Source of the DNA: Trichinella spiralis
Taxonomy: Eukaryota
Reading direction: 5' to 3'
DNA length: 20,000 nt
NCBI RefSeq assembly: GCF_000181795.1
Contig: NW_003526941.1
Location: forward strand, 2,163,571-2,183,570
This document shows, in pieces, positions 1 through 9,930 of the stretch (position 1 is its first letter; every line of letters begins with the position of its first letter). Under the pieces are notes generated by a model that ran no database searches, had not been told where the DNA came from, and worked only from the letters and a program-made list of their open reading frames with translations. Position numbers and translations under genes: made by a program.

Positions 1-717
1 TTCTTCAGTTTCAGCGCAGTGGATAGATAATTTGATTCGGTTTCACAAGCTGCTGATTTTGAAATTAAATTGTTTGTGTTTCCTAGCCAACTTAATCTTT
101 AAATCAATTTTTTGAAACTATTTTTACAAACCTAAGAATGATCATTTTCGTTTGGTTAGAAGAAATCAGTTGTCTCCGAGACGCCTTAGAAATAATTTAC
201 TTTGTTGTGTAGTTAAGTTAAATTTCACTCTTGACGCTATGCAAGAATTGTAATATCAACGTAATTACCTTCACTGTGCACATTTTCCTTGCTTAGCCTT
301 TTCTACAAGTTTATGAGCGGAACGAATCGATAAAAATGCGCAATTGAAGAAAATGCTTGAAAACAGAGCACCTGATGCTGTTGCAGTTGCACAAAAGAGG
401 GATAATTTATGGATAACCTTGGGAAGGTTAAAATGAATTTCGAATTAATTCTTGATAGCGGAAAGCGAAGATGGACAGCTGTTTTCTGTTTTTTCTCATC
501 TCTAAACATTGCCTGTGAGAACAGTTTTCGAATAATGCATAGCTCAGCTTTTTCTAGCGGAATATTTATTGCTGAAGGCCATTGAAGCAACTCAGGCATT
601 GAACGACTGAATAATAAAACCGTTTACGTTTGATTATCTACTAGTGAAACAGTTGTTGAAAAAATAGTTGCGCTTTTAAAGTTTTTTTTTATAAATATTT
701 GTACATGTTGAACTTAC

Positions 718-959
718 CAGCAAAACCGATGGGACATTCGCAAATGAAAGTTGAAATGCAATGAACAGGCTTGAAAATGAAATTCTCTGTTACAATGAAA
801 TCTCCGGTGCCGTCGAATTTCAACACGTTGCGACATCTTTCATTGTTCAGGCAAGGCTCTCGAGAGCATAGTTCGTCTGCCAGAGGTAGAATATTCAAAT
901 TTGATGCTTCTGACAAGCGTTTTCGATTGAAGTCGACCAATTCATGTAATTCTTCACCG
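718..959 (-). CDS. fmi-1: Flamingo/CELSR coding exon 4: end of Flamingo box and first EGF-like domain; gene continues beyond position 1
   Basis: Acceptor CATTTCAG|C gives SGEELHELVDFNR...ELCSREPCLNNERCRNVLKFD...FKPVH...CECPIGFAG, the characteristic CELSR EGF1 (C.REPC.N...C..VL.FD). Donor G|GTAAGT at 717. Exons 1-4 total 3760 nt with consistent phases. Confidence 0.92.
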
Positions 960-2198
960 CTGAAATGGAATAAAAATTTTTACAAATGCAACAGAAAGTT
1001 TACAATTCAAGCAAAAACAAAAATGCATCCTATGTTGCATCTTAGACATACGTCTCTTGTAATGCTTTCAAGATTTACAGCTGTATGATCAATTCATTTC
1101 CTTGAACTATATAATTTACATCTGATAATCAATTGAGCAAGAAAATTAATGATTTGCTTGTGCTGTAGATGCAAAAAGGTTCATAAAGCACGCATGAATT
1201 GGATTTTATTCACAGTGAATTTTGCCCAACAATATTGAATCGACATATCCCAATATCTATAGTTTCATTTTTCAAAATAAGCAGGATTTGAAAATTAGAG
1301 TAATGCTAAGCGTTAGCGTTGTTTCTGGTGGAAAAGGCGGACGTCATTTTTATTTATGTGCACACAAGCGAATGGATGCCAAATTAACAAAATTTAGCTT
1401 GATACTAGTCATTGTTGCATTTCAAAGCTACAATCCAAATTGTAAATACGCTTTTTTGAATTTGCCTGCATTTGCGAAAGAGTGGAAATTTTTTTTATTT
1501 TAAATCTTCAAAATGGAATTTCTTGGAGATTAGGGATTTTTTTTTCAAAAGTCGTGACGTTGACGTTACTTTGGCCATCTGCTCACTATCCCGCGGTGGG
1601 GACAGTTGCGCTTGATTGCTCAGTCATCTTCAGCTAATTGAGAGTGTTGTCGTGTGGGCAATCGAACGCACACGGATAGGACTGCTTATTGTCAGTTTAT
1701 TATTGTTGTTTATTGTAGCAAAGATGATCAACGATGGCGTTGATACATGACCGGCCAAATGGCAACTGTCTCTGCATTAGCGACAAGGTTGACTGCACAA
1801 AGTATTTAGAAAATAAATTTGTAAAAAAATAAGAAAACAGCAAAATTTTCCTTTTCTATGTTATTGGTAGGGCATTTCGATAAATTAGTTTAGAATAAAA
1901 GTTCGAGGGCGAAATATAAGCTTTTCCACGTGGCGTAACGTAATGCCGCGAGATAAAGAAAATCTTTTAATACACGCTGATTTGTGTAGGCGAACATCTA
2001 TATTTAAATTAGATGGAGGAGAAATTTAATTAAAATTAAAACGATGATTGAAAACTTATTAAAATAGAAAGAATACTTGTGTAACAAAGGAACAAAGAGA
2101 AAATGATGTTTGATATTTGCAATGCTTGACTGTATTTGACACGATAGCCATTAACGTTTGCAGTTAAAGCGAATTCTAATATTATTGTTGTTATAGTG

Positions 2199-2222
2199 GT
2201 TATTCTTATTCTTATTCTTATT
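2199..2222. repeat. (TTATTC)n microsatellite in Flamingo intron 3
   Basis: ttattcttattcttattcttattt. Confidence 0.7.
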
Positions 2223-2478
2223 TCTATTATACTTAGCAGTTTCTTCAAATGAGTAGAGCTATTTTATGTGGCTTGAAATTTCTTTTTTTGAAAACCGCGG
2301 CGCATAGACTATTCATTAATTTCAGCCATTCCATTTCATTTAGCGCACTAAGTCGTAATTAGTGTCGCAGGTAGGCGGAAGTTATCAATTAGCTCCGAGG
2401 AATAAGGGAATTTTCGTTCAAAGTGACTAGCTAGCTGATTGCGTTGCGCAAGTTGCAATTGAACGGTGTCAATCATAC

Positions 2479-2761
2479 CTGAGAAAACGATCCGAATTAG
2501 CCTTCCGCAGTACTAAGCTAACATTCAACGTCGGTTCTCCATGCAGTTCATTGTCTTGACGGACGCTGAAGATGAGCACATCTCGGCGATCTGAAGGGAT
2601 CAGAGCGGATAGTGAATCCAACAAGCGTCCATAAGCGGTCGGATTCAGAAACGAATTCATCGTCAAGCCTGATATTCGAAATGTGACGCTGTTGAGTAAA
2701 GCTGAATTTGTTATCATCTCCACTATGACGGTGCAGGTTGCTTGAACAGCATTGATGCCAT
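2479..2761 (-). CDS. fmi-1: Flamingo/CELSR coding exon 3: end of EC9 and Flamingo box
   Basis: Acceptor TTTTTAAG|AT gives VSDGINAVQATCTVIVEMITNSALLNSVTFRISGLTMNSFL, matching the recalled CELSR pattern VSDG.....C...V..IT...L..S.T.R. Donor CTC AG|GTATGA at 2478, phase 2. Confidence 0.9.
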
Positions 2762-4594
2762 CTTAAAAATAACAAAACTTAATCGATTAAGTCTAAATTT
2801 TAATTTGAAAAAAACACTTATTTTCAAATAGTTTGATTTCTGTAATTTTTTGTGTTTTTCAAATTAGATGGATCAATTAATTTCCAGATGCAATCCATTA
2901 AAGATTTTGTTGCTAGAGTTGGAATGTTTTCTTAGGGGAATTGTTGGTAGTATTTTTTATATGCTTTACGGTGGCTCGTGATATTTTAAACTATCTTTTG
3001 AAAGGTTGTCTTATTTAAGTAGATTTCAATTTTGCGTAATCGATAGTCGTTTTCTGTCAGTCAATATTTAATGATCAACAATAACTAAGCAAATAATTAT
3101 GTTTCAGATTGTTATCGCAGAAAAAAAGAAATTTACATTTATAGGCTCATTTGCGCAAACGATAGGCGAAATAAAATATTACAATTGGTTTGGTCCATTT
3201 TGTAAGGTTGTAATGAATTTCCTAAAATTTTCGCCTTGACAACTGATAACTGTTAAATTCTAAAATTTATAATTAAGCTATAAAAATGTAAACAGCATTT
3301 GATTAGCATAATTGATAAAGTGATAATTTTTATCACTTATGAATAGCTGACTGGTACAGGAGAGTTGGGACGGTTAGTCGATCGATGTTGGAGTAATCAA
3401 AATGCTGAATTACATCAACATCGGCAGTATGCTAAGAATTAAACTAGATACTTATGTGACACGTCACCGTGTCAACGCTTCAGAATCGATGCGATTCCTG
3501 GAAAGGCGAGAAACGTCGACCTTTGTTTCGATTGGTGACTACAAATGCGCAAACAGGCTCGCTTCTTCAATAATACGGATAATAAACGTTGGACCGCTGT
3601 TGGCCAAACGTTGACCACTGAGCGCTGTTCAAGTGGACCGACAAAAGGCAGCATTCGATTGAATTCACGCTTCCAGACGTGGCTGTTCTTGAACAGTCAC
3701 GACAGTTGAGAAGGAAAAGTACCCCATTATCACGCATTTTCCTTGTCATTTCGAACTGCATACTATGCTTTCTTGGCAGCGCTTGCAGTTGACTATTCAA
3801 AGTTGGCCAGTTAATTAAATAGCAGTCAATAGAATTGAGGTTTTGTTTCATATGCATTAAAAGAGGATAGGCGCTGAACAGAGTTCAGCTTTGCCGGATG
3901 GAGATGGTCAATTATTAATCATTCCCGTATAGGCCAGGTATACGTGAGCTCGCTGTTCGATTCGTCACTAAACCAAGGCCACTTCTCTGAATGAGATCGA
4001 TTAACAATATCTCAGTTTATTAGTGAACACCAGTTCGAAATGATGACACCACTTCAAGAAAGGCGTCAATTAATTATTTCACAATTTATACACAATACCA
4101 AGTCATTGTTTTCTTGTGATAAGAATCAGATAGTTTCATTGCAGATTATTGCAGTTCTGAATAACAGTTAATTGTTGTTGCTTTACTAAAACTAGAAAAA
4201 TACCGAAGCAAGTTTCTGTTAACAAAATTAGTTAGACCGTTTTTCTGCCCAAAACAGCTGAAACCCCTCTGATGATGGTGATAATGATAATGATGAATGC
4301 ATTCGTCATGGAAGAGCAACTCAGACTCAATGCTCTTATTGTTCTATTCTTAAAAATGCAACAGCAGTTAACACTTTTCTGACAATCACCTGGAAAATCT
4401 TTAGAGGCTTTTTTAAATTTGAAACTAATAACTGAGTTGTATCAAGCATAATTTCCGGTTGGAAAAGCAAAAAGGTAGGCTTGATTTTAAAAGAAATTAT
4501 AACTTCTAATAGTTTGAAAAGCTATGCTCATGAATTGTGTTTGCTTAACTTTACAATCATGAAATGAAAATACAGATAAAAAAATAAGTTTTAC

Positions 4595-5980
4595 CTGAAA
4601 CTTGAATTAAAAGTAAAAGTCGAATGCGGCGATTTGTGTTCAACGCTGCACTGAGACGCAGTTCACCAGTGTTGCTATCCAGCTGAATTAAGTCTGCTTC
4701 ATTTCCGGCAGCAATCTTGTAATACAGTGTATCGTTGAGATCCAAATCGAAAGCAGGCACCCGCCCAATAGGTCTGTTAGATAGATCTTTATTCCAAGGA
4801 TCAGATTCATGGTTGTACACCACTAGATAGAAATCGTTGAACACTGGTTCGTGATCATTTAAATCAAGTACCCGAACCAGTACTTCGGCCATTGAGCTGA
4901 GCTGGCCAGAGCTAGCTTGAATGTGAAACTGATAAGTACGACGGTCACTTTCAAAATCCAATTCAATGCGAGTCACTAAATCCATGCCTTCACTGTTGGA
5001 CATTGGGGAGTGTATTTCAAAAGCGGCCGCATCGTCTCCACCCAGAATTTTATAACTGACTAGCGCATGTTCACCAACGTCTGGATCAACGGCCAGCACG
5101 TGTCCAACGATGGTTCCGATTGGGACGTTTTCGTACACTTCGAACTGATACGCTTCACGGTCGAATTTCGGGGCATTGTCGTTGACATCGTCCACATTGA
5201 TCACCAGTGTTGTGCGTCCAATCAACGGCGGTTCGCCTTTATCTTTGGCAAGTACGGTTATCTCGTACACAGCTCGACGCTCACGATCCAAAGGTCTGGC
5301 AACGCGAACCACTCCTGAACTGGGATCAATTTGAAACGCGTCATTTTCTGGATCTTCATCAGAAAAGTGATACGTTATTCGACTGTTAATTCCGTAATCA
5401 GAATCTGTAGCGGTCAGATGAAGCAGACTCACTCCAACCGCCGCGTCTTCAGAAACGTTGGTCACGTAACGAGTTCTAGAAAATACTGGCGCGTTGTCGT
5501 TCACATCGTCCAAGACGACTTCCAAATCCATCGAACCGCTCAACGGCGGCTGACCATGGTCAGTGGCGATCACTTTGAGCTTGAATCGACTTTGACTTTC
5601 TCGATCCAACGTGCCATTGACGAACAGCACGCCGGTGGACGGCTCGATCGCGAACACCGGTTCACCTCCTTCGAGCTGATATTGCAGCCGGGCATTTTCT
5701 CCGTCGTCTGGATCTATTGCTCGGACGACGGTCACAGTGGAACCCACAGGCTCAGATTCACGGACGTGAATCGTGCTAGAATGTTCAGCAAATGTTGGTG
5801 CTGAGTTCACGTCTTCAACCTGCACTCGAACGGTCATGGTGTCCCAATGGCCGGCACTGTCCGTCACTTTGATACTGAGTACATGGATCGGCTTGGATGT
5901 GTAGCTCAACGGCTGATCAACCGCCAGAGAGCAATAGTTGTTCTCCTCGTTCAGCAGTATAAATGCTCGATCATCGTTGC
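4595..5980 (-). CDS. fmi-1: Flamingo/CELSR coding exon 2: rest of EC5 through most of EC9
   Basis: A 53-nt intron (5981-6033, GTAATT...TTTTCAG) joins the two long ORFs as YSIISG-NDDRAF. Cadherin motifs DVNDNAPVF, LDRE, DLNDHEPVF and the CELSR-type IGRVPAFDLD. Donor TCA G|GTAAAA at 4594. Confidence 0.95.
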
Positions 5981-6033
5981 CTGAAAAGTTCTGTTCATTA
6001 TGCAAAGAAGAAAGATACACCTTTTAGAATTAC

Positions 6034-7882
6034 CAGAAATTATGCTGTATTGCAAACGACCACTGTTGTTGTCAGGATCGTGAGCCGCGATTCGTAACAG
6101 CAGGCTGCCTCGTCGTGCAGTTTCCGGTACGGAAACGTTAAGCTGCTTTTCCGGGAACACGGGCACATTGTCGTCGACGTCCAAAACGTTCACTATTAAC
6201 TTGGCATTGGAAGACAACGGCGGGTTGCCTAAATCTACCGCCTCCACCTGTAGTTCTATAGTCGGTTCCAGTTCATGGTCTAACGGCTTGGCAACCGTTA
6301 CCCAGCCGGTTACCGAGTCCAATTCCAGAGGACAGTTGTTAGCCTCTGGTCCGGTGAATCGGAATCTGATTTCTGAATTGTGACCGCTGTCCAGATCATA
6401 TGCGGCCAGTCTTAACAGGCGGTATCCGACCGGCACGTCTTCACGCACTGATTCTTGGAAAACTGGGGCATAAAACTGAGGCGCATGGTCGTTCACATCA
6501 CGTATTCGAATCTCCAACAGCGTTGTATTCGACAAAGAAAATGTGGCTGAATCTTGGGCCCTTATCACCAGCTCATAATGATCAGTCTGCCGATAGTCGA
6601 CTCTGTCGACGAGCCGTACCTCACCTGTGTTGTAATCTATGGAAAAGCGACCTTCTGCGTTGCCGCTGACGATGGAATATTTCACTTCTCCGTTATGGCC
6701 AAAATCACGGTCTCTCGCCATGACGTTTGCAATGACCGGCTTGTCGTTTGGATCCAAATTTTCATCAATTTCAACCACATAGCTGCTCTGTTCAAACTCA
6801 GGTGCGTTGTCGTTTTCATCGTCAACGGTCACTTCGACCAACGCTTTTGCACAAAGACGTTCAGTGATGGTCAGCGGCTGGTCACAAGCAAGCACTTCAA
6901 ATCTGTAAAATGGACAAGTTTCACGATCGAGCGGCTTCTCAACCCGTAGCACACCGTCGTCTGAGCCAAGACTGAATGGAAGCGGAGTTTCAGGATTTGT
7001 TCGTTGTACGCTGTATTGGATTCGACCATTCCGGCCAGCATCCTCATCCTGCGCGTGTACATGCAGAACTGTGGTGCCTGGTTCCACTGATTCAGATATC
7101 GAAGCGGCGTAATTAGATCTTTCGAACACCGGTTCATGGTCATTCAGGTCGAGCACGTTCACCAGCACAATTGCAGTGGTCGAACGACGACCGTTCGATG
7201 TCATTTCATAGCAAGTGATGCGAAGCGTGTGTTTGTCGGCTTGTTCTCGATCAAGCCTGCCAGTTGTTATCAGCCGCCCAGTCTCCTTTTCCACAGTGAA
7301 CAAATTCTGGCTCTGAACATTTCCAGCACCTGTCACACTGCAGCTTGACACTGTTTCAACGTTGGCAGCTGAGCTCAGCTGAGCGAAGTTGAGCAAGGAG
7401 ATTGGCGGCTCTTGCTCTTCGAGCACGCTTACTTCGTAACGAGATTTCGAAAACCCCGACCATTGGTCACCGTCGTTGGACTGTGCTCGCCGATGCCGTG
7501 AAGCGCGACGTCGACGTCGCAGCTTCAGCTGCACACTGAACGCTGATACACTTCCTTCCTCTTCACCTGTGGATAGTTCACCGTCGACAGTGGTGATGAA
7601 CCACTCGCCCAAACAGATAGAATTCTTCAAATAAAGATGACCGTTGGAAAAGAGAAACGTCCGCGACGGAGCCAGGTGTATGTTTTTTACTGCTGTTACT
7701 GGAACGTTGAACCGTTTCAAAAGCCAACGGTCGAACGAAGGGAACACCGGCCCTCCGGCACCGATGCATGTGCTGTTCACGTATAATACTTTGCGCAGCA
7801 GAGTCGACTGGGGGTGGACCGCAGCTGAGCTGAACAGGCTAGCTTGGAAGAGCAGAGAGCAGCACAGAACGCCAGCTAGCAT
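6034..7882 (-). CDS. fmi-1: Flamingo/CELSR (starry night) cadherin adhesion GPCR, coding exon 1: signal peptide, prodomain, cadherin repeats EC1 to part of EC5
   Basis: ATG at 7882 with an in-frame TGA upstream. Hydrophobic N-terminus MLAGVLCCSLLFQASLFSSA, then a polybasic RRRRRASRHRR stretch. Repeated cadherin motifs (LDRE, AxDxD, DxNDxxPxF). Donor TCT G|GTAATT at 6033, phase 1. Confidence 0.95.
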
Positions 7883-9398
7883 GCTACATAAAAAGCAGCA
7901 ACGCGTTCAAAACCACATTCAACTGGCCTGGCAGTGAGGAACAATGAATAAGCAACGCGTTCTGAATTCTGTTCTGGTGCACAGTTGAATCGAACCGACC
8001 AATCGCACTTAAGCTGAGATTAGTCAAAGGCAATCTAACTGCCCTCTAGTGATACAGCTCCAGTAGCTCATCAATAAGCGAATTGACGTTTTTGAACTGA
8101 AATGATTTTAAACAATCAATTTGTACATTTTATCCAATATTTTGTTTCTTTTTTCATAATTCAACAAAGGTGGATATTGTTTCTCTGTTTTTTCTCTTCA
8201 TCTGTTTTTTCGTTTTGCACATTCCAAATGAAGCGCATTAGAAATTTTAATTTTCATCGCTGTTTATCAAATCTCATTTTCACATTGAGATGAACCGAAG
8301 ATTTTTTCTCATAAAAAATATCCGAATTCTTTAGAACAAATTTTGAAAAGCATTTTAAATTTATTCCATTGAAGATTTTTCTTTAATTTTTATGCAGTCG
8401 TTAATTTGATGTCATTTTACCTTGATCTACTTCAGCATATAATTTTTTGTTAATAACACGTGGCAGTAATTAATCTAGGCAAATGTGTGAATTTCACTAT
8501 TCATCACTTAATGCTGGCTTTGCAGTATTGTAAAAAGAAGTGGAATATCTTTAGTTGCCTATTCTACTACCTTTTCAAATTCTGTCTGTGAAAAAGAAAA
8601 CCTTACAATGCGTAAAAAGGTCATCTTTAATTATACACATCTTGCTTTTGACAAATGAGTCACAGTATGAATTTGTTGCAAACACAACTGAGTCCTGTAA
8701 GTGAAATGAATAAGCGTTTCCTTGAGATACGGTTTTTTCTTTTACTTTTCATTTCATTCTTGTCTGCTATTCATTATTTATTATCGGTTTTCAATTGTGC
8801 AGGGTGTATATCGATGGGTTTTGGTTTCATTTTTGTTTGACAGTTATTGAATCAATTAAAAAATTGATTAAAGCATGCTCATTTTGGATTAAAAGGATAA
8901 GAGCAAATTTTGCCTTGACAAACATTGATTTTTCACCACAGACACGACAATTTTTGACAATTCTTTCGAAGTGAAAAAACTATTAATCAATGGCAATTCA
9001 ATTTGACTGTTGTTATAAGCTTCAGGGGAAGCACAAGTAAGCCGTATTTATTACCAGTTGTCGGCAGTTTTGATTTTGATTGTGGAAATGTGTTTTGTTC
9101 TGATTGACATTCTTCAACTGTTTGTTCAGGTTTATATGTTTACTTTGGATTGATCATGTTTTACAAATTTGACCTCGCTTTTGCATGCTTTTACAAGATG
9201 AAAATCAAAAACTACTGGAAAAATCTTTATAAACATATCAGAGGGAAAAGTGGTTTTTATCTGTACGTAAGTGCCTTTAGATTTTCTTCTATTTCGAGAT
9301 GTATTTTAACTGTGCGTTTGATGTATGTATGAGAATTTTAGTTATTTTTTCGTAAATATTCACCTTTATCAAATTTAGAAACGAATATATATGAGAAA

Positions 9399-9404
9399 TT
9401 TATT
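9399..9404 (-). promoter_or_regulatory. Candidate polyadenylation signal (AATAAA) of the cathepsin gene
   Basis: tttatt on the + strand, about 80 nt downstream of the stop codon. AT-rich background makes a chance match possible. Confidence 0.4.
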
Positions 9405-9483
9405 TTTCATATTGCATATTAGTAGAATGAAACACTGTTTACAATAAAAAAATGAAACAAGCATTTGAAACGATCAGCACGTT

Positions 9484-9930
9484 TTAACCGTACGTCCAGG
9501 CCAGGAAGCAAATTTTTCTCAGCACTGGCTTGCGAAGCACATTGCATATATTGGCATTAGAAGTTTGCAAAAGCACGTCGTGATTGTCCAACTTGTCGCA
9601 GTTTTTAGTGCAAGTTATGACAACATTTTCAGCCAGACCACAACTATTTTTTCCAGCCTGAACACGCATATAGCCATTTTCACCCCACTCTTTTCCCCAT
9701 GAATTTTTGATCAAGTAATATGGTGTAGGCGAGGTTAAATTGTACCCTACAAGCATGACCGCGTGTTCAGGTTGTTTGGCGCATTGCGTGTGCTTGATTA
9801 CGCCACTTTTGTAAAATTGCATCCACCTGGGAACTTCGATCATTACGATGCTGGGTCCCCAGTTTGTCAGCAGTGCGATTAGTTCCTTTTCCTGCTTACC
9901 GGACACGTTGAATGATTTTGCCCATTGCAC
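9484..9930 (-). CDS. Cathepsin exon 10: C-terminal half of the catalytic domain plus a 44-aa tail
   Basis: 62-nt intron 9931-9992. FYKSGV, EHAVMLVGY (His 9765-9763), YYLIKNSWGKEWGENGY (Asn 9705-9703), NSCGLA. Stop TAA at 9486-9484. Confidence 0.95.
   Translation of the reverse strand: MQWAKSFNVSGKQEKELIALLTNWGPSIVMIEVPRWMQFYKSGVIKHTQCAKQPEHAVMLVGYNLTSPTPYYLIKNSWGKEWGENGYMRVQAGKNSCGLAENVVITCTKNCDKLDNHDVLLQTSNANICNVLRKPVLRKICFLAWTYG

Noticed and set aside
303..599. 98-aa minus ORF as the next Flamingo exon
   Set aside because: It lacks the EGF or laminin-G motifs expected next; treated as intron.
5951..6033. Apparent frameshift or two separate cadherin genes (643-aa and 487-aa ORFs)
   Set aside because: Fully explained by a canonical 53-nt GT-AG intron.
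5067..7937. Several + strand ORFs (60-157 aa) overlapping the cadherin exons
   Set aside because: Antisense shadows of a GC-richer coding region, with no recognisable motifs.
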